A stretch of 40,448 nucleotides of DNA from a virus (IMGVR_UViG_3300006046_000012:1-40448); one strand, 5' to 3'. Positions 9,475 through 17,516 are shown, numbered from the stretch's first letter. Made by a program: numbers and translations. The notes: generated by a model from the letters alone, not told the origin.

Positions 9475-9481
9475 CAATGCG

Positions 9482-9655
9482 ATGGGCGGCCTCATTGCGC
9501 TGGCGATGCTCCTCTGGCTTGGAGAGCATCGCCCGCCTGTAGTGCCGCGTCCGCAGGAGCAGGTGATCCCCTGCTGCCTGTCGCGTGGCTGCGCCCGCCA
9601 CCATCAGCTTTCCGGCAATCCCTGCGGCCAGTCCTGGGACTGGGAAACCAAATAG
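9482..9655 (+). CDS. Small Cys-rich protein with a hydrophobic N-terminus
   Basis: MGGLIALAMLLWLG...CCLSRGC...C; 57 aa; fills the gap between neighbours. Confidence 0.45.
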   Translation: MGGLIALAMLLWLGEHRPPVVPRPQEQVIPCCLSRGCARHHQLSGNPCGQSWDWETK

Positions 9656-9664
9656 GAGTAAGCC

Positions 9665-9943
9665 TTGAGCATCAATCTGACCATTTTCCCTACCGAGGCT
9701 CCAGCCGTCATCTGGCTGGAAGACGGGTCCAGCGTCACCGCCGATCCGCAGCAGGAGAAATCCTTTCAGCTTCCTTCGGGCTCGTTCTGCACCATCAGCT
9801 CCACCGCCGGCAACGAGGAGAGCGACGAGCATCCGCCGCTGACCGGAGAGGCATTTGCCGAGGCTATGGTGTCATGGTGGCGATCGATCGTGGACAAGAT
9901 CCGCGCCGAGGCGGCGGGGGCTCCGACTGCCACGCCGCTGTGA
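9665..9943 (+). CDS. Hypothetical protein
   Basis: TTG start preceded by a strong AGGAG SD; 92 aa. Confidence 0.6.
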   Translation: MSINLTIFPTEAPAVIWLEDGSSVTADPQQEKSFQLPSGSFCTISSTAGNEESDEHPPLTGEAFAEAMVSWWRSIVDKIRAEAAGAPTATPL

Positions 9944-9988
9944 TGGGTGCGCCCGGCGCCCGTGAGGGGGCGGGTCGAGGTTAGGGCG

Positions 9989-10342
9989 TCAGGCGCTGTC
10001 GGCAGATGGCGACGGGCTGGCGGGCTTCAAGGCGCGAATGGCGGCGGCGATCTCTTCTGCTGTAAAGCGGCAGTGGTGGCTGTCGTGACCATCTTCGTCC
10101 GGCTCAAATGCCCTCGCCGCCTTCTCCAGTGCGTCGGCGCGGATCAGGGGCGTGACGGTATCCTTGCCTGCGAGTGCTGCCTTCAACGCATCGAACTGAG
10201 GTTTCCAGTTTGGTCCTGCGTATGGACCGACGTGCAACTGGTTGACGGTCCAAACGGACTTGTAGGCCGGGTGCTCAGTGATCTCCTCCATTCGAGCGAT
10301 CAGCACCCGCGCCGCAGTTTCGATGATGGCTGGATCGGTCAT
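9989..10342 (-). CDS. Hypothetical phage protein next to attP
   Basis: MTDPAIIETAARV...RADALEKAARAFE...EIAAAIRALK, a phage-like pattern. The longer listed ORF runs through attP, so the start is placed at 10342. Confidence 0.65.
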   Translation of the reverse strand: MTDPAIIETAARVLIARMEEITEHPAYKSVWTVNQLHVGPYAGPNWKPQFDALKAALAGKDTVTPLIRADALEKAARAFEPDEDGHDSHHCRFTAEEIAAAIRALKPASPSPSADSA

Positions 10343-10353
10343 GCTGCACTGCG

Positions 10354-10585
10354 GTATCATTGCACCAATCATTCCCAATTGTATCAGAACCACCCCGCCA
10401 CTACCGCTAAGTCTTTGATTTTGTTGGTCGGGGCAGCAGGATTTGAACCTGCGACCCCCTGCTCCCAAAGCAGCGTTGCACCTAACGAAATGGCGGAATT
10501 CCGCGCTTTTCATGTTTCGTGCAGGGCCGTTTGTTCGCCTTTGGTTGCGGGAAATCATGGCGTATCATTGCGCAATCATTCCCAA
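10354..10585 (+). repeat. Direct repeats flanking the att core (10354-10378 and 10562-10585); putative integrase arm-type sites
   Basis: GTATCATTGCACCAATCATTCCCAA vs GTATCATTGCGCAATCATTCCCAA. Confidence 0.7.
10425..10473 (-). other. attP core: 3' half of tRNA-Pro(UGG) including CCA
   Basis: Minus strand CTGCT-TTGGGA-GCAG GGGGTC GCAGG TTCAAAT CCTGC TGCCCCGA CCA gives the anticodon arm (TGG), T-arm and acceptor 3' strand. The 5' half is absent. Lies about 130 bp downstream of the integrase. Confidence 0.92.
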
Positions 10586-10606
10586 ATTCCGTTCCGTTCT
10601 CATCCC

Positions 10607-11647
10607 TCAATACGCCTCCGCCGCTTCCTTCTGGAAGTCTGCGTGATGGTGTCCATAAGTCTCCTCGAACTGCTTCGCCGTCATGCCGAGCGAGCCTGCC
10701 GCCTGCCAGATCGGAACGCCAGCCTGCGCCAGCCATGTGGCTCGGGTGTGACGGAGGACGTGCGGCGTTATCTCAGGTCCAAGCCCCGCTCGTTCTCGAC
10801 AGCCTCGGAAAGCTTTTTCAATACGAGCAATAGGAAGTCCCTCGTATCGGATGATGGCGCGCACTCCCATGTCAAGACGCTTCCAGCGTCGTAGATGCGC
10901 AAGCAGCTTGGACGGGATGCGCATAGGGGGCTGTCGCTTGTTGGTTTCGCGTTGATCCGCACTTCGACGGTGAAGGACTCCACGTTCCAAATCAACCCAA
11001 CCTCCCGTCGTGTTCGGCATCCACTGCAGCCCGAGGATCGCACTATGCCTGGTGCCGGTGTAGAGCCCGATCAAGATGAACCGGGCAATGTGCTGGTGAT
11101 AGGGTGAGCGATACGCCGCCCAGAGGAGACGTGCCGCTTCCGGGCGGGTCATCCATCTCTCGCGCGACTTGTGGTTCTCGCCGAGGGTGAATTTAGGCGT
11201 CACGTCGAGGCCGTATTCCTTGGCGTAGTGGTGGACGGCGGCGCGCATGATCTCCAGCTCACGCCGGGCCCCAATCTTTGCGCCACGCTCGGCGACATAG
11301 CGCCGGCACATCTCGCCCTTGATCGCGTCGGCGGTCATCCCGCCCCAGAACTCGTTCAGCCTGCCGATCTGTGCCCGCAAGTCACGCGGCCGGGCTATCG
11401 TGGCTTCCTTCAGGTCCAGATAGAGCGTCAGGATGTCCCCGAGGTTGGCCTGAGTTGCACGACGGGCGTTGGTGCGCGGCTTGCGCTTCTCCGCGATGTA
11501 GCGCGCGAGGGCGGCTTCGGCGTCTGCAATCTGATCCTCAGAGCATCCTGTGCGCTTATGGACGTCTCCGTCGAGGATGACCCATCGGCGTCTTCTGCCT
11601 CCGTCTCCTCTGAGCCAGAGGCGGGGGGGCTTCTTTTGTCGTGGCAT
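10607..11647 (-). CDS. int: Tyrosine recombinase (phage integrase)
   Basis: Catalytic motifs LYTGTR, ETNKR, TPHVLRHT and the C-terminal Tyr in ETYGHH; adjacent to attP. Confidence 0.96.
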   Translation of the reverse strand: MPRQKKPPRLWLRGDGGRRRRWVILDGDVHKRTGCSEDQIADAEAALARYIAEKRKPRTNARRATQANLGDILTLYLDLKEATIARPRDLRAQIGRLNEFWGGMTADAIKGEMCRRYVAERGAKIGARRELEIMRAAVHHYAKEYGLDVTPKFTLGENHKSRERWMTRPEAARLLWAAYRSPYHQHIARFILIGLYTGTRHSAILGLQWMPNTTGGWVDLERGVLHRRSADQRETNKRQPPMRIPSKLLAHLRRWKRLDMGVRAIIRYEGLPIARIEKAFRGCRERAGLGPEITPHVLRHTRATWLAQAGVPIWQAAGSLGMTAKQFEETYGHHHADFQKEAAEAY

Positions 11648-11841
11648 CGGGCCCTCATTTGCTGAATGGCGCGGCGGGTGACAAACTCTGTCTTGCCGAT
11701 ACGCTCCACGTCAAGGCGTCCAGCCCGAGCCTGCTTGCGCAAGATCGCCAGCGACACGCCGCCAAGCGGGAAGAACAGGTCTGGGGCCATGCGCAGCGGC
11801 ACAGGATCATCGTCTTTGAGGTCGGATGCCTGAATTTTCAT
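11428..11841 (-). CDS. Excisionase-like DNA-binding protein overlapping the int 5' end
   Basis: AGGAAGGAGG SD. Winged-helix Xis-like pattern PLRMA..FFPLGGVSLAILRKQARAGRLDVERIGKTEFVT; directly upstream of int. Confidence 0.72.
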   Translation of the reverse strand: MKIQASDLKDDDPVPLRMAPDLFFPLGGVSLAILRKQARAGRLDVERIGKTEFVTRRAIQQMRARCHDKRSPPASGSEETEAEDADGSSSTETSISAQDALRIRLQTPKPPSRATSRRSASRAPTPVVQLRPTSGTS

Positions 11842-12069
11842 TTAATCGCCTCCTTCCTCGTCTTCGGCCTTGGCGTCCACTCCGGCCTTGCAGTCGCAGT
11901 AGTGGTAGCGCCGCTCGTCATCCTGCCAGATGCCAGTGTCCCGGCACTTGCGGCAGAAGACGGGACGCACAGCCGTCTGCTCGTCGAATGTCTCCTCCTG
12001 GCGCTCCGCTTTCGGCATGGGCTCCTCCCTCATTTTGGCCAGTCGGTCATTTTGTAGACATTCTTCCAC
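11842..12069 (-). CDS. Hypothetical Zn-ribbon protein
   Basis: CRKCRDTG...YCDC. Confidence 0.6.
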   Translation of the reverse strand: MEECLQNDRLAKMREEPMPKAERQEETFDEQTAVRPVFCRKCRDTGIWQDDERRYHYCDCKAGVDAKAEDEEGGD

Positions 12070-12218
12070 GTCGTGCCGGTTTTCTCGCAGCAGAGCATCA
12101 AAGCGGCGGCTATCAGCGCCTGCTTTATGAGTTCGTCCTTGATGCCTTCAGTGCGCCGCATCTTGATCCACGCGGCAGTCTCATCCATCAGCTTTCGACG
12201 CGTGCGTTCCCTGTTCAT
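12030..12218 (-). CDS. Hypothetical protein
   Basis: GGAGGAG SD upstream; lies within the early-left operon. Confidence 0.6.
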   Translation of the reverse strand: MNRERTRRKLMDETAAWIKMRRTEGIKDELIKQALIAAALMLCCEKTGTTWKNVYKMTDWPK

Positions 12219-12233
12219 GCGGCTTGCTCCTCC

Positions 12234-12350
12234 CTAGAAAAACCAGATGATTGCGACGATGGCCCAGAACAGCGTCGAGAGGGCCATGAGCCATGCACAG
12301 CCGAGCTCCGTCGAGATGCGCTTGTCATGCGGCGGCGCCCGCAGGGTCAT
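12234..12350 (-). CDS. Putative 38-aa membrane peptide (not in ORF track)
   Basis: MTLRAPPHDKRISTELGCAWLMALSTLFWAIVAIIWFF; fills the ninB-downstream gap. An alternative hydrophilic frame (12215-12328) also exists. Confidence 0.4.
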   Translation of the reverse strand: MTLRAPPHDKRISTELGCAWLMALSTLFWAIVAIIWFF

Positions 12351-12723
12351 TGAACTTCACATTGTGTTTCGCGCCCCAGGCTTCGATGAGGGCCAGCAGA
12401 TCCGCCATCTCTTCCTTCGAGAGATCGGATGACGAGCGGCCGAGGTTCACGAAGCCCGTGCCATCCAAATTCGGCACGGCACGCACCTCGCGGTGCAGAG
12501 CGTCGAGGAAGATCAGCTTGTAGTCGGCAGCGCTGAGCTTCATTCCGTGCCACTTCACCTGCGCGGCGATCTCGGTCAGGAATGCCCACATGCGCGCCGA
12601 CTGAGGCAGTGACCGCTTCACTGCCCTGAACTCAACCCGCGTCCCCGGCGGCGCCTTGGCGATCCAGTGCGCGGCCTTGCTGCGATCGGCAGCATTGCGC
12701 AGTACGAGGAGCGCCCGGCTCAC
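12325..12723 (-). CDS. ninB: NinB/Orf-family recombination protein
   Basis: KRSLPQSARMWAFLTEIAAQVKWHG..DYKLIF..VPNLDGTGFVNLGRSSSDLSKEEMADLL..AWGA; GTG overlaps the erf stop. Confidence 0.9.
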   Translation of the reverse strand: MSRALLVLRNAADRSKAAHWIAKAPPGTRVEFRAVKRSLPQSARMWAFLTEIAAQVKWHGMKLSAADYKLIFLDALHREVRAVPNLDGTGFVNLGRSSSDLSKEEMADLLALIEAWGAKHNVKFNDPAGAAA

Positions 12724-13610
12724 TATTGCCCCACCATCTGCAGCGTCTTCATTTTCGTGGCGCCGGCCTTGCGCACAGCCATCTGCATCATCTGCGGCAG
12801 GGAGGCGAGATCGCGTCGGAACTCCGGCGACTCCCGCCACACCAGCAACTCTGTCTCGGTGGTCGTCCCCTGGATGTGCTCGATCATCCGATCGCGCAGA
12901 TGGGCATCGGCCCGCCCGTCCTCGTCCGGCTCTTTCTCCGCGACGCTGTCCTGCAGCGTCTGCTTCAGGTCGCTCTGCGAGAACTCGGCGAGGCGCTTTT
13001 CAAACTCCTCCTCCGCCACGTTCTTCCAGTCCTGGTTCCAGGCGGGGTATCGCTCGGCGCGGTATTCGCGGCGCAGCTTCTCCACTTCACGCGCCGACTG
13101 GCAGTCTGCGATGGCGCTCAAGAATGCCGGCCAATCGCCGTCACGCTTGGCCGCCGCAGACGACTTGCGCGCTGGGACGGCACGGGCAGGGGTGCCGTTT
13201 CTCGCGCCTTCCTGGGCGGCGTTCCCGTCCTCGTCTTCCTCGGCGGCGATCCCGCAAATCGATGCCCAACAATAGCGCCGGCCATAAGTTATCGCGGACC
13301 CCATCTCGTGGGGTTTGCTGGAGTTCGGAAGCGGATATTCGCTCGTAATCCATTGGCCGCTTGAATGGCCTAGCCGCGTGACCAGCATCATGCCATTGCC
13401 GTTGAATGTCGTGACCTGGTGAACGCTCAACCCATGCTTCGTAAGAGCCGGCATGGTGGCATCGCGGATACTGGCAAGGTCGGCGTATTTACTGCGAAAA
13501 TGCGGGTTTTCGCGATTGAAAGGCGCGTTCGACATTTCCGCCTGCGCGGCAGCAAGTGCCGCCAGCAGTTCATTGACCGGCTCGTGGCCGGCATCGTTTG
13601 CTTCGCTCAT
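12723..13610 (-). CDS. erf: ERF-family single-strand annealing protein
   Basis: NPHFRSKYADLASI..L.KHGL..TRLGHSSGQWI..MGSAITYGRRY..GIAAEEDEDG. Confidence 0.93.
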   Translation of the reverse strand: MSEANDAGHEPVNELLAALAAAQAEMSNAPFNRENPHFRSKYADLASIRDATMPALTKHGLSVHQVTTFNGNGMMLVTRLGHSSGQWITSEYPLPNSSKPHEMGSAITYGRRYCWASICGIAAEEDEDGNAAQEGARNGTPARAVPARKSSAAAKRDGDWPAFLSAIADCQSAREVEKLRREYRAERYPAWNQDWKNVAEEEFEKRLAEFSQSDLKQTLQDSVAEKEPDEDGRADAHLRDRMIEHIQGTTTETELLVWRESPEFRRDLASLPQMMQMAVRKAGATKMKTLQMVGQ

Positions 13611-13933
13611 GGCAGTGTCTTCCGTGCGGTTTCGAGCGCTTCAAGCGCCTTCCTGTGAGTGCCGCGCGCCTCATTGAGGGCATTCGTGGCGATGCCTTCC
13701 AACTGCAGCAGGATATGCGCGAGGTAGTGGTCGTCGGGTGCGCCGTCGCCGTAGTCGCCGGCGATTTCCGCGATCTTCGTCAGCGCCTCGTCCAGGTCGG
13801 CGATGACGATCGCCTGCCGGGCCGCTTCCGCGTGCAGCTCCTCGACCTCGGTATCTGCCTCCATCTGCTTTTCCTCTTCCGGGCTCACGTAGTAGGGGTC
13901 GTCGTCTGACCGCATCATGGGATAGTGGCTCAT
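13607..13933 (-). CDS. Hypothetical acidic protein
   Basis: ATGA overlaps on both sides; GAGGA SD before ATG 13933. Confidence 0.65.
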   Translation of the reverse strand: MSHYPMMRSDDDPYYVSPEEEKQMEADTEVEELHAEAARQAIVIADLDEALTKIAEIAGDYGDGAPDDHYLAHILLQLEGIATNALNEARGTHRKALEALETARKTLP

Positions 13934-14445
13934 ACTGTCCTCGCGAATTGTTCGTGAAGTTCTGTTGCTGCCTTGGCATAGGCGGCGTGCGCTTCCTCCG
14001 CCGTGGCGAAGTAGCCGAGGTAAAACCTCTTTCCTTCTTTCTGGATTTTGCTGGCCCATCCCCTCCGCTCTTTGATCCGATGTGCCCCCTTCAGCCCTGA
14101 AGTCGATTGGCGGACACGGCTATTGCGCATGTTCTCGGAACGAGTGGCGAGACGCAGATTGGCTATGCGATTGTCGGCCTTGATGCCGTTGATGTGGTCG
14201 ACATGTGCTGGCGGCATTACTCCGTGCGCATAGAACCATGCCAAGCGATGCGCCAATAAGGGACAGCCATCTAAGGTAATAACCCAATATCCCTTGGAGT
14301 TGCTTGGTCCTCCGGCTATGTCGCCAGCCTTAACCTTACTGCTCATCCGCTTCTTCCACGTAAATAGTCCGTTCATTTCGTTGTAGAGAAGGAGTTCCTT
14401 CACACGGGCTTGGTTTGCTTGAAGCATCATTTTGGCGTGTCCCAT
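13930..14445 (-). CDS. HNH endonuclease with C-terminal AP2 DNA-binding domain
   Basis: AHRLAWFY..VDHINGIKADNRIANLR..N; AP2-like TSGLKGA..WASKI..YLGYFATAEEAHAAYAKAA. Confidence 0.93.
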   Translation of the reverse strand: MGHAKMMLQANQARVKELLLYNEMNGLFTWKKRMSSKVKAGDIAGGPSNSKGYWVITLDGCPLLAHRLAWFYAHGVMPPAHVDHINGIKADNRIANLRLATRSENMRNSRVRQSTSGLKGAHRIKERRGWASKIQKEGKRFYLGYFATAEEAHAAYAKAATELHEQFARTV

Positions 14446-14545
14446 CGGGATTAAGTTTACCCTTGGCCGCGGCGCGGGCGAGGGCTGCGTTGCCGTCGCG
14501 CAGGTCGTCGAAGGCGGCGCGAAAGAGCGGGTGAAGGTTATTCAT
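14336..14545 (-). CDS. Hypothetical protein (C-terminus overlaps the HNH-AP2 gene)
   Basis: ATGA coupling with the upstream peptide; MNNLHPLFRAAFDD. Confidence 0.45.
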   Translation of the reverse strand: MNNLHPLFRAAFDDLRDGNAALARAAAKGKLNPDGTRQNDASSKPSPCEGTPSLQRNERTIYVEEADEQ

Positions 14546-14661
14546 CTGGTTGCCCATGCGGTGATCTCCGGCGCGAAGCCGTAGAGGATGAGCGCGACCG
14601 CGATGTTCGCTGCCACGAGCGCGAGAAGCGACAGGGCATCTTCAAAAATGCTGCTCATCAT
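14542..14661 (-). CDS. 39-aa membrane peptide (not in ORF track)
   Basis: MMSSIFEDALSLLALVAANIAVALILYGFAPEITAWATR; its stop overlaps the next ATG. Confidence 0.55.
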   Translation of the reverse strand: MMSSIFEDALSLLALVAANIAVALILYGFAPEITAWATR

Positions 14662-14663
14662 GG

Positions 14664-14738
14664 TCAGCCTTGACCAGAGAGAAGCGATGCGATGCCAACA
14701 GCGATGATAACGGTGATAAAGAGCTGCCAGTTTGCCAT
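14664..14738 (-). CDS. 24-aa membrane peptide (not in ORF track)
   Basis: MANWQLFITVIIAVGIASLLSGQG; strong AAAGGAGG SD; starts immediately after the upstream stop. Confidence 0.55.
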   Translation of the reverse strand: MANWQLFITVIIAVGIASLLSGQG

Positions 14739-15047
14739 TTACCAGTCCCTCCTTTCAGGATCGCACAGCCGCTCGATCGCATCCTGCGGGTCCAGGTAGC
14801 CATCGGCGAAGTAGCCCGGCCCATGGATCTCGTAGTCGCCCACGAAGGGGCCGGCGTGCGCCTGGACGATCGTGAATTTATTGCCGCTCGCGAAGGTGAC
14901 GGTGGTCACGTATTCCCTGCGGGTTGGGTGCCAGACATCCTCGACGACCGGCTCGGGGATCTCGTCCTCGTCCTCCGGCTCCGGGCCGAGGAACTCGTCG
15001 TCGGGATTAGTACTGACCCAGTGGTCGTAGGTGCGATGCAGGCTCAT
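14739..15047 (-). CDS. Hypothetical protein
   Basis: MSLHRTYDHWVSTNPDDEFLGPEP; ATGA overlap; AAGGAG SD. Confidence 0.7.
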   Translation of the reverse strand: MSLHRTYDHWVSTNPDDEFLGPEPEDEDEIPEPVVEDVWHPTRREYVTTVTFASGNKFTIVQAHAGPFVGDYEIHGPGYFADGYLDPQDAIERLCDPERRDW

Positions 15048-15316
15048 TGCCGCCACTCCTTCGCCAGGACATCGTGCAGGGTGCTGGCGAGGAATTGTGC
15101 GTGCTCCGGGCCGACGCTCTGCGCGATCAGGGAAAACGCAAAGCCGACCATGGCGGCCCCGATTTCCTCCGGCTCATACCCATCCGCCTCAAGCGCGAGG
15201 GCGACCGTGTCGAGCGCCCGGCGGATGTCGTGAGTTGGCAAACTTTTGCAATCACGGGTTGGTGAATTATTTCCGGTTGCCATGGGGGGCTCCCTTTGCC
15301 AAAGTTGATCATTCAA
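15044..15316 (-). CDS. Hypothetical protein
   Basis: Operon packing with neighbouring genes. Confidence 0.6.
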   Translation of the reverse strand: MNDQLWQREPPMATGNNSPTRDCKSLPTHDIRRALDTVALALEADGYEPEEIGAAMVGFAFSLIAQSVGPEHAQFLASTLHDVLAKEWRQ

Positions 15317-15494
15317 GGTTGTTTTGGACTCGCCCGGCGAGCATGGCTTCAGCCATCACGTAGGCGTCTGTGGCCACCTCTTCCGGGTCCGCTTCAACCC
15401 CCTGATGGGCGGTCAGTCCAGCAAGTGCGTATGCTGCAAAGAAATCCCGGAGACTGATCGTGCCGACCGTCCCGCCGTTTTCGTTCTCTGCCAT
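15309..15494 (-). CDS. Conserved small phage protein (SLRDxFA motif), first gene of the left operon
   Basis: ISLRDFFAAYALAGL...AYVMAEAML pattern; GGGAG SD. Confidence 0.8.
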   Translation of the reverse strand: MAENENGGTVGTISLRDFFAAYALAGLTAHQGVEADPEEVATDAYVMAEAMLAGRVQNNLE

Positions 15495-15529
15495 TTCTCT
15501 CCCCCCTTGGCTCTGTGCCCGACCACAGA

Positions 15530-15558
15530 CACCTACTACAATCGAATTGTATGCGCAA
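15530..15558 (-). promoter_or_regulatory. Putative leftward early promoter with a palindromic operator in the spacer
   Basis: Minus strand TTGCGC-17nt-TAGGTG. The spacer contains the inverted repeat TACAAT-CGA-ATTGTA (15537-15551). Confidence 0.6.
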
Positions 15559-15660
15559 GGGGGAGGTGGCAGATTTTTGTATGGCTCGTATATTTTCTAA
15601 ACGGCTTGAATGTGATCTAGGAACCGTACAGAAACGTACGCTGGGACAAACAGGAAACGG

Positions 15661-16041
15661 ATGGGACGTCTGATGGGGAGCCGAAGCAATATAGAAGCTG
15701 CCCGCCTCGCCCTCTTCCGGCGCCGGGCAATGAACATGGCGGACATGGTTCCACCGCTGGAATGGGCGACGAGGGACTTTGTGATCAGGAAGTCCTACGC
15801 CTGGGCGGATTATTTCACTCTGGGAATTATACCCGTGCCCGACCCCAACGAGAGGCTAGAGAACGATGATGCCTTGGGGGTTGCGGCAAAAATGATCGCC
15901 AGGCACTACCCGAGAAAGCCAAAAGACCGCGAATTCGTGCTACAGGAGTTGTATCGCTGCGCTCGGCAGAACTACCGGCAGCAGACCAAGGCGGAGGGCC
16001 GCCAGGCCACAAAGCTCTTACGATTTAAGCAGACTTATTGA
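15661..16041 (+). CDS. Hypothetical protein convergent on the repressor
   Basis: 126-aa ORF; AGGA upstream; fills the gap between the left promoter and cI. Confidence 0.6.
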   Translation: MGRLMGSRSNIEAARLALFRRRAMNMADMVPPLEWATRDFVIRKSYAWADYFTLGIIPVPDPNERLENDDALGVAAKMIARHYPRKPKDREFVLQELYRCARQNYRQQTKAEGRQATKLLRFKQTY

Positions 16042-16342
16042 TGTCCTGGGGCGGAAACATCTTCTCGTAGAGATCGTGCGGCAGCCCTGACGGATTGCCC
16101 AAATAGAGATAGTCGCTGGTCACCCTGAGCAGCATGAATATCTTGGTCGCATAAAGCGGCGGCACCATGGCCCAGCCGTTTTCCCAATTTGAGAGATTTG
16201 CCACAGGCACGCGGAGGCGGCGCGCAAAGTCGACCTGAGAGAGGCCGGCGGCGGCTCTGGCAGATGCCAACCGTCTCCCGACCTCGACCGCGAAACTGTC
16301 TCGACTCTCTTTAGCCATGGCGATTTGCATGGGGTGCCTCAA
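16025..16342 (-). CDS. XRE-family HTH repressor (CI-like, no peptidase domain)
   Basis: VGRRLASARAAAGLSQVDFARRLRVPVANLSNWENG..LRVTSDYLYLG; divergent from the cro-like gene. Start may be 16318. Confidence 0.9.
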   Translation of the reverse strand: MRHPMQIAMAKESRDSFAVEVGRRLASARAAAGLSQVDFARRLRVPVANLSNWENGWAMVPPLYATKIFMLLRVTSDYLYLGNPSGLPHDLYEKMFPPQDINKSA

Positions 16343-16374
16343 TTTGGTTGTTTAGCCTATCAAGCATTCTGATA

Positions 16375-16403
16375 TTGACAGGAATATACCATAATTGTAT
16401 GTG
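16375..16403 (+). promoter_or_regulatory. Putative rightward early promoter
   Basis: TTGACA-17nt-TATGTG; shares AATTGTATG with the left operator region. Confidence 0.6.
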
Positions 16404-16411
16404 ACTGCCTC

Positions 16412-16645
16412 ATGTCAAGCCGCATCGAGACAATTCCGGCTTTGATCGCGCATTTTGGCGGGCCGGCAGCCACGGCCCGCGTGCTGCGGTCCACGCCGCA
16501 AAAGGTCTGCCACTGGCGGAGGAAGGGCTACATCCCGGCACATCACTTCAAGCCCTACAAGCGGCTGCTGCACCAGGCCGATCCGCGCCTTGAGGTTTCC
16601 GATGACCTCTGGGGCTGGGCAGAGGCGACGGAGGCTGCGGAGTGA
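16412..16645 (+). CDS. Cro-like HTH regulator
   Basis: LIAHFGGPAATARVLRSTPQKVCHWRRKGYIP; divergent from the repressor. Confidence 0.85.
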   Translation: MSSRIETIPALIAHFGGPAATARVLRSTPQKVCHWRRKGYIPAHHFKPYKRLLHQADPRLEVSDDLWGWAEATEAAE

Positions 16646-16646
16646 C

Positions 16647-16823
16647 ATGGGCACCGTCATACCCTTCCGTGCGGAGACGCTGCGCAAGACCCGCCAGCAC
16701 ATCGCCGAGGCGTGGCGGCTGAAGGCCGAGAGCGCGGCCGTGAAGCGCGGCTACGAAGAGCGGCGGCGTAAGATCGACGAGCTTTGGGCCGTCCTGGAGA
16801 GGAGGTGGGCCAGTGGCGGCTAA
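16647..16823 (+). CDS. Hypothetical protein
   Basis: MGTVIPFR; GGAG SD; operon packing. Confidence 0.65.
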   Translation: MGTVIPFRAETLRKTRQHIAEAWRLKAESAAVKRGYEERRRKIDELWAVLERRWASGG

Positions 16824-17097
16824 GACCACCCTCACGACTGAGGAAATCATCAAGGCGGCATACCTGCACCATGTGCTGGGCACCGAGCAGCACGTCCTGT
16901 CGGTGGCCTACAGCGTCAATGTCGGGCGCATCTCGGAAGCCTGCGCCGCCATGCAATACGCCGCCGAGAATGTGCGGGCGATCTACCAGATGGCGAAGCC
17001 GAAGGAGCCGCAGGGCAATCTGCCGTCGCCCTATGACGAGATGGACGTGGAGTTCATGCCGCGCATTTTGCGGGGCGGGCCGGCCAAGGAGCGGTAG
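16813..17097 (+). CDS. Hypothetical protein, possible HTH
   Basis: GAGGAGG SD; QHVLSVAYSVNVGRISE HTH-like segment. Confidence 0.7.
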   Translation: MAAKTTLTTEEIIKAAYLHHVLGTEQHVLSVAYSVNVGRISEACAAMQYAAENVRAIYQMAKPKEPQGNLPSPYDEMDVEFMPRILRGGPAKER

Positions 17098-17516
17098 TGC
17101 GCAGCACCTGGACTTTCGACTGGACGGATGCGGCGGTCGATCGGCTGCGGGTGCTATGGAGCGAAGGCCACACCGGCAGCCATGTCGCGACGCTGATGGG
17201 CGGCGGGCTGACCCGCAGCGCCGTGATTGGCAAGATCCACCGGCTCGGCATGTCAGGCCAGCGGCGCCCGCGTGTCGCGCCTGTGCGCATCTACAAGCGC
17301 GTGCGGGCTCCTGTCGCCCGGCGCGCCTATACGCCACCAGTGAAGCCCGCAAGGCCGCCGCCGCGCGTGTTCAGGCTGACGCTCATGGACCTGCTGCCAT
17401 GGCATTGCCGCTGGCCGCAGGGCGAGCGCGCGCCATACACGTTCTGCGGCGAGCCGCGGGTGGAGGACTCCTCCTACTGCGGGCCGCACACACGGCTCTC
17501 TGTGAGGGCGGCATGA
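17097..17516 (+). CDS. gcrA: GcrA-family cell-cycle regulator homologue
   Basis: WTDAAVDRLRVLWSEG..VATLMGGGLTRSAVIGKIHRLG N-domain and LMDL..CRWP.G..FCG...YCGPH C-domain. Confidence 0.92.
   Translation: MRSTWTFDWTDAAVDRLRVLWSEGHTGSHVATLMGGGLTRSAVIGKIHRLGMSGQRRPRVAPVRIYKRVRAPVARRAYTPPVKPARPPPRVFRLTLMDLLPWHCRWPQGERAPYTFCGEPRVEDSSYCGPHTRLSVRAA

Noticed and set aside
10425-10500. Full tRNA-Pro gene
   Set aside because: The D-arm and 5' acceptor strand are absent; similarity ends at the anticodon stem, so this is an att core.
9947-10894. 315-aa plus-strand ORF
   Set aside because: It crosses attP and lies antisense to int and another gene; shadow ORF.
15495-16411. CtrA boxes (TTAA-N7-TTAA) in the immunity region
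   Set aside because: Looked for because of gcrA; no full site was seen by eye.
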